Both the position numbers and the translations under genes were made by a program. Shown here one piece after another: positions 32,034-41,599 of a DNA stretch of 64,000 bases. This DNA comes from Promethearchaeota archaeon (GTDB taxonomy: Archaea; Asgardarchaeota; Lokiarchaeia; Sigyniarchaeales; SOKP01): assembly GCA_030599585.1 (NCBI GenBank), contig JAUVNS010000009.1, positions 149,233-213,232 of the forward strand, in the 5' to 3' direction. Position 1 is the first letter of the stretch. Each line of letters begins with the position of its first letter. The notes under the pieces were generated by a model, which was not told the DNA's origin, did not search any database, and saw nothing but the letters and a program-made list of their open reading frames with translations.

Positions 32034-32447
32034 CCGAAGGACTACAAGAGTTAGGACCAAATAAATATCTTATAGGAATTGAAAAAACAAAAACAGCAGA
32101 ATGGATTTAATTTTTTATTTTTCTTTTTTTTTAACAACGAAACATTTGTCTTCATTAATGAATTTCGTGCCAATTACCTCAAATCCAATTTCTTTAAATA
32201 TTTTTTTGGCAGCTAAGAAATTGTACGCGATTTTCTCAGTAGCATTTGAAGACATCATCAATTAACAAAATGAATAGAATCATATTTAAACATATCGCTA
32301 AAATCACCCAAAAACTAATGAAAAAGGGAAAATTTTAACTGATTCATTGATCTTGATACAAATTTATAATTCTCAATAATTACTGATAATTCTTGGTAAT
32401 TTATTATAATTTCAAATAAAAATAATACAAAAAAAGTGTGAAACTAA

Positions 32448-32716
32448 TTGGATCCTGAAACCAAAAATTTATTAGAGAAACAAATAAAAATCTAAAATAT
32501 TGTTCTTCACAAATTGAGAATTACCCTTTAAAATACGATAAGTGTGCTTTGCAATGTTATAAAAATGTTGATAAGTTCATTGAACATGTTAAGAAGCATA
32601 ACCGAATGCCTTGTAATAATGAGTGGACAATAGATGAATATTATATAGTTCCCAAACCATCAAACATAGGCTCATCAAGTGCAAAAAGATTCTATCAGAT
32701 TTTTACAAAAACTTAA
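32448..32716 (+). pseudogene. Frameshifted small gene
   Basis: GTGTGA RBS + TTG (MDPETKNLLEKQIK); one extra A in the A5 run at about 32486-32490 would join it to LKYCSSQIENYP…FTKT*. Confidence 0.45.
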
Positions 32717-32874
32717 ATCTTTTAAAAACACAATAATTATATCAAAAGATAGGAAATTAAGGATTGACAATGAGCAGAATTAATTGGATTAAATGTAATA
32801 ATCACAGTTATATCCTATTGCGAGAGTATATAGTTGTTATTTTAATTTTATAATTAATTAAGAAAGGGAATTAA

Positions 32875-33663
32875 ATGTCAAATTGTCCTCGAATCAGCAG
32901 AATATGTGAAAATCATTCAACAATAATCCTAGATACAAATACACTTATTCATTATATGAAATATCTTTCTACAACAAAATACGAGGAAAGAAATTTTAGA
33001 GAGATTCTAAATGATTTTAGTCAATTGATTAGATTAATAAGTAATCAGTGTTCTTATGGAAGGTTATTTGCATCAGAATTAGTTTTAAATAGAGAATATA
33101 AAGGTACTTTTATTTATGAAGTTCGTTTTTTAAATAATTTAAGTAGAACCTATCAAAGGAGATTTACTGATTTGATAGAAACTAACTTAAAAATCCGTAG
33201 AATTCAACAAGACGAGTTAAGCGATTTAAGACCAATTGCTAATAATTTTTCTAGTCAGAGACATCTCTCACCCATCGACAATAGAGACTTATCACTATTA
33301 ATTGGAGCTTTAGAAGAAATAAATGAACATCCAAATTGGAGATTCTTAATTGTCACTGGTGATGATAGCTTTCGAAAGTTTGTTTCTTATGTTAAGGCTC
33401 AAAACCAAATAATTCTAGCTGGAACTACATTTAATACCTCTAACATTAATGGAGTCATTTTTCTAACCTATTTAACCCATTTATTTAAATGCTGTCAATA
33501 TAATGAACTGAAAGAATTTAGGATTGATATATTAATGAGAGAAATTTTTGGTAAAGAAGAACGAGTACAAAAGAGAAAATTAATAGAGTATAACAAATGG
33601 ATCTTTGAGGTTTATGGACCTGCTTTGCTTGAAAAACAATCTATTGGAGTGTGCACCAATTAA
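32875..33663 (+). CDS. PIN-domain-like ribonuclease
   Basis: IILDTN, E in VLNRE, D..D in IDNRDLSLL, IVTGDD..R: the PIN acidic tetrad. Confidence 0.7.
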   Translation: MSNCPRISRICENHSTIILDTNTLIHYMKYLSTTKYEERNFREILNDFSQLIRLISNQCSYGRLFASELVLNREYKGTFIYEVRFLNNLSRTYQRRFTDLIETNLKIRRIQQDELSDLRPIANNFSSQRHLSPIDNRDLSLLIGALEEINEHPNWRFLIVTGDDSFRKFVSYVKAQNQIILAGTTFNTSNINGVIFLTYLTHLFKCCQYNELKEFRIDILMREIFGKEERVQKRKLIEYNKWIFEVYGPALLEKQSIGVCTN

Positions 33664-33664
33664 A

Positions 33665-34423
33665 ATGAAGGAAAATCAAAAAGAATTCCCCGACGACTTG
33701 TTAAAAATTGAAGGTAAATTTGTTAATGATTATGATAAAATGAATTTATTTTTAGAATTTTTTGAAAAAATTAAAGAAATAATTTTTAAAAGACCAGAAA
33801 TCAGAATACAAGAAGTTGATTTTAAAACAAATTTGCCTGAGACGTCAAAAATGCTGCCTTTTACTTATAGCTTAGAAATTAATCAAAAACAATACCTACT
33901 TATAATTAATGATAATTCTCATCCTGTAATTACTAGAGAGGAATTGGAAGATTATCAAAATATTTTTACAATAAGTAAAAGTCAAGATGGTATTATTATT
34001 GTTTGGAATGATGAGAGATTATCCTCCATCAAAATATATAAAGATAATATTTATAGGCCCTTTCAAGATATAGTAGAGGATTTTGAAAATAAAATAGAAC
34101 CTTTAGAAACTAAGATTGTAAATGAGATTCATCTACGAAAACGTTTTATAACAGCTATCAAGGATCAATTAGAAGAAATTAAAATAGAAGAGGTTCCAGA
34201 TCCAGAGAAATCTTTTAAAAACGAATTACAAAATTCCTTTGATTATTTTCAAAATCGTCGGTTTAACGAACCAAAAAGGAAAATAATGCAGAATTTGATA
34301 TTTGATGATATTGCTTCTATAATTAAACTATTTTCTGAATACAATTCAGAGAAAATTGAAGAAAAACAACTTAGAGATAGACTTATAAAGATTATAATGG
34401 GAGAGGATGTAAAGATTGATTAA
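33665..34423 (+). CDS. Hypothetical protein, middle gene of the PIN-X-SMC operon
   Basis: ATG 1 bp after the PIN stop (preferred to TTG at 33605); overlaps the SMC gene by 8 bp. Confidence 0.75.
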   Translation: MKENQKEFPDDLLKIEGKFVNDYDKMNLFLEFFEKIKEIIFKRPEIRIQEVDFKTNLPETSKMLPFTYSLEINQKQYLLIINDNSHPVITREELEDYQNIFTISKSQDGIIIVWNDERLSSIKIYKDNIYRPFQDIVEDFENKIEPLETKIVNEIHLRKRFITAIKDQLEEIKIEEVPDPEKSFKNELQNSFDYFQNRRFNEPKRKIMQNLIFDDIASIIKLFSEYNSEKIEEKQLRDRLIKIIMGEDVKID

Positions 34424-36317
34424 TAAGCTTAGTATAAAGAATTGGAAATGCCATTCCGAATTGGATTTAAAATTTAAAAAGGGTGTTAATTTTATTATAG
34501 GTTATAACGGAATTGGAAAAACTTCTATTCTTGAAGCTATTGTTTTTAGTTTTGTTGGAAGAGTAAGAGGCAAGCAAAAAAAGCAGCTAAGAAAAATAGG
34601 AAGTGATGATGATACTCAAATATTACTTGAATTTACGCATGAAGAAAGAAAACATGAGATTAAAAGAGATTTTAATGGAAAGGCTTCAAATAATCTCAAA
34701 ATAGACGATCCTATTGAGGAATATAGTTCTGATGAGATTCTGGAACATATTCTCCAAATTTATAAAGTTAACCGAGCATTTTTTGAAAATATTTTCTATT
34801 CTCCTGAGGGAGAGATGTATGATTTTTTAAAATTAGATCAGAAAAATTTTGTCGAATTTTTGCAAAATTTAGTTGGTATCGGAAAAATAAATGAATTTAA
34901 GAACGTAGTGAATGATCTGAATAAACTTTACGATACGAAGAGGAAAGAAACTCAGAATTATCTTAAAGTTTTTAGAAAATTTGAAATTTCTGAAGAATTA
35001 GGGGACAAAATAGATATAAACCAAGATCTCAAGATTATAATAAAAAAATTAAGTGTAAATAATGAAATTACTCGAAATTTAAATAATGAATTGTCAAATT
35101 TAGGAAAGGAAAATGAGAACTTATACAGAGAAAACTACGATTACAGTAAAAAGCTTGAAGAATTAAAAGATATTTTCAGTAAAGAAAAGGATACTTTTTC
35201 AAAATTGGATTTAAAAGAATTTAGTCTCAAAGAGATACTTAATAATTTAAATATTTTTTATAATAGAGACAGGGGCCTAAAATCTAATCTAAAAAATTAT
35301 CGGGATTCTATAAAAGCGACCGAGGATTTAATTTCAGAAAAGAAAGCTAGTAAGAATGAGAAAACTAGGGTTGAAGTAATAATTAATAAATTAAAACATA
35401 ATTACGAGGAAGAAACACAAGTTTCTTGCCCACTCTGCAGAAAAAATCTAGAAAAAAAAGATTATATACAGATTTATAAAAACATTAATTTAGAAATTGA
35501 AGAATTAGAAAAATGGATTATGAAAAAACAAATTGAAGTTAAAAATTTAAGAAACCAGAGGCAGCAAACAAAGAGATCATGTCAAATTAATCAGAAAATA
35601 ATTAGATTAATAGAATCCATTCAAAATTTTGATAGGGATACAATTAAAGAAATGGATCAAAAGAATGTAAATCTTAATGAAAAAATTAATAGAATTGACC
35701 AAGAACTCAATATTTTAAATAATCAAAAGAGGGACCTTGAAAATAAAGAGAAGGCACTAAATCAAAGGCTTAGTGAGATTAAAGCTGCTGAAAGTATAAA
35801 AAACCAATTACAATATAAAGAACAACACCATAAAAATATCAAAGGATCATTGATTTGTGATATTATTAATGATGCTTTGAGCAGAGTTATGAAAGACCAA
35901 AGAAATTTTAACTTGGACGAAATTATAAGAGGGATTCAAAAGATCTGGAAAATATTTTTTCCCTATGAGGATCGAGAACTATTATTCGATGATAAATATT
36001 TACCTTATTTCGAAAAGGGAGGAGAAACTATTACATTTAATAATGCAAGTGCCGGAGAAAAGATGATTCTATTAATACTCATAAAAATAGCTCTTGCAAG
36101 AAAATATACAGCAATTCCATTTCTAATCTTTGATGAACCCTTAGAACACCTTAATTATGAAAACCGGATAAATATAATAAATTATCTAATAGATATATGC
36201 AGAAAAGGTCTTGTAAAACAACTTATTATCACTACTTTTGAAGAGTCTCTTACACGCCGATTTAGGAAAATGGAGGAAGTTAATGTGATATCATTACCAA
36301 GTTATTTAAAATATTAG
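34416..36317 (+). CDS. Rad50/SbcC-like SMC ATPase with Zn hook
   Basis: GYNGIGKTS Walker A, coiled coils, CPLC hook, ASAGEK signature, LIFDEP.EHL Walker B/D-loop. Confidence 0.9.
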   Translation: MINKLSIKNWKCHSELDLKFKKGVNFIIGYNGIGKTSILEAIVFSFVGRVRGKQKKQLRKIGSDDDTQILLEFTHEERKHEIKRDFNGKASNNLKIDDPIEEYSSDEILEHILQIYKVNRAFFENIFYSPEGEMYDFLKLDQKNFVEFLQNLVGIGKINEFKNVVNDLNKLYDTKRKETQNYLKVFRKFEISEELGDKIDINQDLKIIIKKLSVNNEITRNLNNELSNLGKENENLYRENYDYSKKLEELKDIFSKEKDTFSKLDLKEFSLKEILNNLNIFYNRDRGLKSNLKNYRDSIKATEDLISEKKASKNEKTRVEVIINKLKHNYEEETQVSCPLCRKNLEKKDYIQIYKNINLEIEELEKWIMKKQIEVKNLRNQRQQTKRSCQINQKIIRLIESIQNFDRDTIKEMDQKNVNLNEKINRIDQELNILNNQKRDLENKEKALNQRLSEIKAAESIKNQLQYKEQHHKNIKGSLICDIINDALSRVMKDQRNFNLDEIIRGIQKIWKIFFPYEDRELLFDDKYLPYFEKGGETITFNNASAGEKMILLILIKIALARKYTAIPFLIFDEPLEHLNYENRINIINYLIDICRKGLVKQLIITTFEESLTRRFRKMEEVNVISLPSYLKY

Positions 36318-36395
36318 ATCATTTAAAAGATAATTAAATGATCAGAATCGAACATGAAAAGTAATAAAAAAGAAAAAAAAGGGAAGTTAGATTAT

Positions 36396-36668
36396 TTAAA
36401 ATTTCCTCTCATCAGTCTCATTAATTAAGTCATAAATAATCTTGTTAGTTTTCTTTAAAGATCTTAGTTCAATAGAGACAAAGACAACAAGAAAAATTCC
36501 AGAGAGAACCTGAAGCACTATTAGAATCATGCTTATATCTCTCAATAGTATGGAGAGAATTGGGAGGGTAAGCTGTAAAGCAACAAAAAATAGGATATAA
36601 TAGAAAATACGCTTTAACCCATCTTCATTTAATTTTAATAAAGCATTAATCCGGGGTTTATTTAACAC
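36396..36668 (-). CDS. Small 2-TM membrane protein
   Basis: Two hydrophobic helices; AGGTG RBS. Confidence 0.6.
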   Translation of the reverse strand: MLNKPRINALLKLNEDGLKRIFYYILFFVALQLTLPILSILLRDISMILIVLQVLSGIFLVVFVSIELRSLKKTNKIIYDLINETDERKF

Positions 36669-36813
36669 AATTCATTAACACCTACTTTCAATTATATTCT
36701 CGTTCTGAGTCATTTTTAAACATTTTTGTTTGTAATTTTTGTATCTATATAATCATACTGACAAAATTTAAATCTTTACAAAAAAGAAAAAAATTAAGCT
36801 TTTCTAGACAAGA

Positions 36814-37752
36814 TTAGGATTTGAACAAATTAGAAAAGTTTTTCAACATTAATTTTAGTTCTTCTCTACTAATTTCATAATATATTTTATGTTTCAGACG
36901 ATTATACTTAAATTTAATGCTCCTTAAGAGTTTTACCTCATTCTTATCCATTAAACCAGCAATCTCTGCTCCTCTAATAAGATCGAAAGAAGGAGGTGTA
37001 CTACTCATTCCTAATTTATGTAGCAGCCAGAGTTCTATTATCCTTCCTAAGCTAAGTAATCCTGCTTCTGGGCATTGTTCCGAAATATCTTTTGTTTTGT
37101 CGAGCTGATCTTGTAAGTAATTTGGTTTGAGAATAAATTTCGGGGGTTTATGGAAAATTTCTTCCATACATATTTGTATCTCTATCTCCAATTTATTCCA
37201 TAGGAAATTAAACTGATTTTGTATTTGTCGTATCGCATCATTACAAATCCATTCTTCTATTTCCGATTCATCTTTTGTTTCTAAGATAACTTGCTCTAAC
37301 TTTCTATCCCTTCGGGAATAACTAATAGTTATACCTTCTTTATTATCTTCTATGATATAATCTCCATAAACCTCATCTGTACTCCACACATCTTCTTCTA
37401 ATAGAAAAATTATGGATTTCTTAGATATTCTCCTTTCATTAGTTTTCAATAACGGATAAAATGTATTATCAAACCAATAGGAATACTTATTAAAAAAATT
37501 CCAAATGTTCTGTAAATGGTCTCTTAATTCAACTAGTAAGTTTTTTGGCCATTGATATTTAGGATTCTTAAATCGAGGTTTCCCTACTTTAAAGTTATCT
37601 TTTATCCTTTCATTATAATCCATTTCTCTAATCTCGGGGATTTCAAGAAGTTGACCATGCAGCTTTTTATGTTTTTCTAGGAGAGTTTCCCCTTCCGATT
37701 TTAAATCCAAGGTAATCCTCTTAAATGACTTATCTGTATTATAATGATTCAC
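36814..37752 (-). CDS. Protein with C-terminal HEPN/DUF4145-like domain
   Basis: AGLLSLGRIIELWL…GLMD…LRSIKFKYNRLKH, a HEPN-like helical pattern with a variant (K/Y)NxxxH motif. Confidence 0.6.
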   Translation of the reverse strand: MNHYNTDKSFKRITLDLKSEGETLLEKHKKLHGQLLEIPEIREMDYNERIKDNFKVGKPRFKNPKYQWPKNLLVELRDHLQNIWNFFNKYSYWFDNTFYPLLKTNERRISKKSIIFLLEEDVWSTDEVYGDYIIEDNKEGITISYSRRDRKLEQVILETKDESEIEEWICNDAIRQIQNQFNFLWNKLEIEIQICMEEIFHKPPKFILKPNYLQDQLDKTKDISEQCPEAGLLSLGRIIELWLLHKLGMSSTPPSFDLIRGAEIAGLMDKNEVKLLRSIKFKYNRLKHKIYYEISREELKLMLKNFSNLFKS

Positions 37753-38122
37753 TATATCTTCGTGTATTTATCTGTGTTCTATATTCTGTTTCAGTAAGCA
37801 ATCTTAAATCACACTTAATTTCTTCCTTCCATATTTTTATTACATTCATGCTACTTCCTTTATCAGCATTAACTTTTAAAATTGTTTTCAATTTATCTAT
37901 CACTTCAGTATAAACCTTTTGTTTAGACGAATTTCCAAATATCCAAAAAATTACATCAAGATCACTCTTATCTTTGTGTTCTCCTGTTGTTCGAGAGCCC
38001 CATCTTGCAACACCCCTGACATTATATCCCGAATTAGTATAGAGAAAATTTTTTAGATTTTTATAAAAAGCGGAATACCTTTGTTCTTCTTCTCTTCTTA
38101 TAGACATAAATTCACCTTTCAT
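37739..38122 (-). CDS. Minimal Pol-beta-family nucleotidyltransferase
   Basis: WGSRTTG…SDLDVIF plus a third Asp in KCDLRL; overlaps the HEPN gene by 14 bp. Confidence 0.85.
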   Translation of the reverse strand: MKGEFMSIRREEEQRYSAFYKNLKNFLYTNSGYNVRGVARWGSRTTGEHKDKSDLDVIFWIFGNSSKQKVYTEVIDKLKTILKVNADKGSSMNVIKIWKEEIKCDLRLLTETEYRTQINTRRYSESL

Positions 38123-38364
38123 TATTATTGTGATTTTTGAACTTATACTACTAGTAGATAGGATGGTTTATTAATATTTCAACTTCAAAATCAGTAGCTT
38201 ATATATTGGAAAAAGGAGTAGGAAATCAATAAGAAAGGAAAATATGTAGTTATAATCCATGGTAATCTTGATTTAAACCTTTACACAAAAGAAAAAAATA
38301 TAAATCTATACGAAAAAAATCATTTTAAAAATGACTTTTATATGTATTTGAAACTATTATAAGA

Positions 38365-38562
38365 TTATCTTCTCTTATGTTTATAATAATATCTTTTAAA
38401 TATACTCTCAATAACATCGATATTTTTAAATATAGAACGAAAAGTATCGATTCTATCTTGATCCATAAAGTATTCTTGATTTGGGATTAGTTCATACCCT
38501 TCATCCACAATATTACTTAACAATTTTTTTACTTCATTCAATTTTCCAATATATTCTTCCAT
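38365..38562 (-). CDS. Small hypothetical protein
   Basis: 65 aa, AGGAG RBS, co-oriented with the ParB operon. Confidence 0.55.
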   Translation of the reverse strand: MEEYIGKLNEVKKLLSNIVDEGYELIPNQEYFMDQDRIDTFRSIFKNIDVIESIFKRYYYKHKRR

Positions 38563-38609
38563 TAGGAGACTCCTATAGTTGTAACTGTTTTAATAAAAAA
38601 TACTCTTTT

Positions 38610-39197
38610 TTATTCTTCTTCTTTATTTTCCAATCGATCCCCTATATATTGCTCTCGTTCTAATCCTAGTTTTTTAATTTCATCTAAATCTTCTTCAGAA
38701 ATCTCTAACTTTTTAATCATCGTATCAACAGTATCTAGTACTGACTCAGCAAATACAACTCCATTTAATTTCATTCCTCTATCACTCATTTCTTCTAATT
38801 TCGTAAAAAAACCAAATAATAAAGCCATAGTATATCGATTTAATAGAGCCTCATATTGAACAAAATTTTTAGGAGTGTAAAAAACCCCTTGATTGAAGAA
38901 CCCAAATGGTTTCTTTTCTAACCAACATTTCTCTAAAAATTTTTTGTATATTATCTCTTTTGATTCGAGAGGAAGCTCTGAAGGGATTTTAAAATTAAGC
39001 TCATTTATTGATTCTGCAACCCAAATATGAATATATCTGTAAAGTTGTTGTCTTTCATTAACATTAGAATAATTAAATCCCATCTTTTCATACACTTCGG
39101 CAGTAGGGATAGGAGTGTCTTTGAAACAACAAGTCTCCTTAAATTTATTCTTAAGAGCATCTATATCGAGTCTAGTTCTTCTAGTTCTTCGCTGCAT
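38610..39197 (-). CDS. Hypothetical protein, coupled to the ParB-like gene
   Basis: Overlaps the ParB stop; GAGGTGA RBS. Confidence 0.7.
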   Translation of the reverse strand: MQRRTRRTRLDIDALKNKFKETCCFKDTPIPTAEVYEKMGFNYSNVNERQQLYRYIHIWVAESINELNFKIPSELPLESKEIIYKKFLEKCWLEKKPFGFFNQGVFYTPKNFVQYEALLNRYTMALLFGFFTKLEEMSDRGMKLNGVVFAESVLDTVDTMIKKLEISEEDLDEIKKLGLEREQYIGDRLENKEEE

Positions 39198-40392
39198 CGA
39201 TTATTTCACCTCTTATTTTCAATTCTTTCTGTAAATGAATTAATGTTTCTTTCATAATTTTCAATAATCGGACTTTCGTTTGCTCTGGATATGAATCAGC
39301 TAATCTTACAGTCATTTTCATAATTACTTGTTTATATATCTGAGTGAATTGATTAATTATTTTCATATCTAAATCAATAGTTTTTACTTCTGGTTTCTTT
39401 TTCCCTGTGCCCACATCTACCATATAATCCTTAGTTAATTTTTGTTGTTCTTTCTGTTTTTTTAAGATTTTCACAGCTTCTTCTCTAAGTTCTAGTTTTG
39501 GAATCTCAGCAACATCCTTAGCATCCTCAACAGAAATCTCTTCTCTGGCTACTCCCTTTATCATATCTTCTGGTAATTCTGCTACTTCTTTTGCCTCTTT
39601 CACTGTTATCTTAGATTTTGGTTTTATAACTGCATTCTTTAATTCTTTTGGTAACGCTATTACTTCTTTTGCTTCTTTAACTGTAATTCTCTTTTCTTCA
39701 ATTGCTTTCTTAACTTCTGGTTCTTTTATTTCTAATTCATTGATAAATTCTTTTTCTTGAACTTTTTTATATACTGCTCCAACACTACTTTCTCCTTTCT
39801 TAGCTTTTTCCCAATCTTCTGCTATTTTCTCATCTTCTTTAGCGACTTGTTTGATTTTTTTTGCTTGTGAAAGTGTTCCTGTTGCTACTCTCACTTTTGG
39901 AGCAACAATATCCACTGAAGCTCCTTTAGAAAGTTTTTTAAGCTTTTCAGTTAAATCTTTTTTTTGGGATTCAGCGATCTTTCCAAATTTTCCATTTCCA
40001 TTTTCTCTCTGTGTTTCAGCAATTGCTTTACTTATTTCTTTCCTTCGTTCTTTAGCCAATTTCTCTTCTTCTTCAAGTAATAATAACCCAACTTCACTCT
40101 TCTGAGCTGTGTTTAAATGCCTTCTCATAATATTCTCAGAAATAACAAATTGTAATGGAGTCATTCCTGTATTTTCACTTGGTTTCCATTCTCTCACTTT
40201 TAATTCAATATTTAATTTTTTACATGCTCTATAACGGTTTCTTCCATCTAGAATTTTTCCTTCAAAAAGAATTGCAGGTTCAATTTGCCCAAACTGTCTA
40301 ATGTCGTCTACTAATGCGTCAAAATCTTCTCCTTCCAATAATGGAAGATATGAAGATATTTCGTGGAACAGATAAGTTTTTGGTTTACTCAT
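39181..40392 (-). CDS. ParB/Srx-domain protein with three internal helical repeats
   Basis: LVDDIRQFGQIEP…ILDGRNRYRAC…ISENIMRRHL; repeats ITVKEAKEVIALP / ITVKEAKEVAELP / ISVEDAKDVAEIP. Confidence 0.85.
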   Translation of the reverse strand: MSKPKTYLFHEISSYLPLLEGEDFDALVDDIRQFGQIEPAILFEGKILDGRNRYRACKKLNIELKVREWKPSENTGMTPLQFVISENIMRRHLNTAQKSEVGLLLLEEEEKLAKERRKEISKAIAETQRENGNGKFGKIAESQKKDLTEKLKKLSKGASVDIVAPKVRVATGTLSQAKKIKQVAKEDEKIAEDWEKAKKGESSVGAVYKKVQEKEFINELEIKEPEVKKAIEEKRITVKEAKEVIALPKELKNAVIKPKSKITVKEAKEVAELPEDMIKGVAREEISVEDAKDVAEIPKLELREEAVKILKKQKEQQKLTKDYMVDVGTGKKKPEVKTIDLDMKIINQFTQIYKQVIMKMTVRLADSYPEQTKVRLLKIMKETLIHLQKELKIRGEIIDAAKN

Positions 40393-40616
40393 TTTTATTC
40401 TCTATTCCTCCTTTATTATTATCTATTAATTTTAATAAGAATTCACGCCAAGTTTTATTTCCCTTTACTTTTGATAAAGCTTTATATTCTTTATCTTCTA
40501 ATGGAATATTTAATGTCTTCATAAGTATAAGATAGTTAGTAAGTTATTTAAATAAATAGCGTGTGATAATTAACTGAAAAATAAACATAACAAACTTCTA
40601 AGGTAATTAAAAAGCT

Positions 40617-40937
40617 ATGGAAAGTAAAGAAATTGGCCAAAGTCTTTCTCTTTACATGTGGCACGTAGGAAAAATTCTTACCGAGCTAATGATAGTGTCA
40701 AAGTCGACAGATTCTCCTATTATCGTGCAGACTTTTCAAGCAGCAGGACAACTTTTCGATAAACTTGGAGGTTGCATATACGGATCGGTTTCTTACGAAG
40801 ATATTTTTCCTAAATTAAACAAATTCATAGGATCGTTAGATTACAATGCTGACAAGAATTTTGCTTCCGTTTTAGACTACGCACACGATTTTAGCAAGGA
40901 TTTGCTGTTTTTTTTAGGAAAAAATAACTTAAAGTAA
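40617..40937 (+). CDS. Hypothetical protein
   Basis: 106-aa ORF, divergent from ParB, TTTAAATA upstream. Confidence 0.6.
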   Translation: MESKEIGQSLSLYMWHVGKILTELMIVSKSTDSPIIVQTFQAAGQLFDKLGGCIYGSVSYEDIFPKLNKFIGSLDYNADKNFASVLDYAHDFSKDLLFFLGKNNLK

Positions 40938-41599
40938 AATAGCGTAGAATCGGTATGAAAGGCTTTCAACGAAAAAAGGTTTACAATTTAAACTTGTTAC
41001 GCTTTAAAGTTTAAAAAAGAGATAACGGCGTGCTACTAATCTGGCTATGTGAAAAGGTTTAAATACTCGAAAAAGAAATTGTAAATGTAAGGAAAGATAA
41101 AATCTTAGCATTTTTTCGCTCGTAATTTTAAATTTTAAGCGAAAAAAATTAATAAAAAAAGAATTAAAGTAGGGAAAACTCAAACTATGACTCCTGTTGC
41201 CGTCCTGGATTTTTGTCTTTTGGTAGTGCGTTTTCTGCACTCATTTCGCCCTCCTAACCCTATTTTATTTCCGACCTTCTTATTAGGTCTTGGCTGGCAG
41301 GAGTTATCCTATCTTTTTTTATCAAAAAAATATTAACAATATGAAAAAAATTGATAATTTTTCTATCAATCGTAAAATTTGGCGGTTTAAGCCGTTTTTA
41401 TCGGTGGGTACCAAAGGGGTACGGACCGAACAACGCAATAAAAAGGATACTTTATTAACCTTTAACAACAAAGTATATTTTATCAAGATTATCTTTTGGA
41501 GAGAAAGTCTTTTCTCTTTTTAATTCTTCCAGAAAACATATAAAACATAAATCAGACTGCAAAAATATATATTTAGACGGTAAATCTTCAAGAATAATG

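Noticed and set aside
34416-36317. Housekeeping Rad50
   Set aside because: No mre11, herA or nurA nearby; short coiled coil and altered signature motif.
37739-38122. CBASS CD-NTase
   Set aside because: At 127 aa it lacks the C-terminal lobe, and no SAVED, CARF, STING or patatin effector is adjacent.
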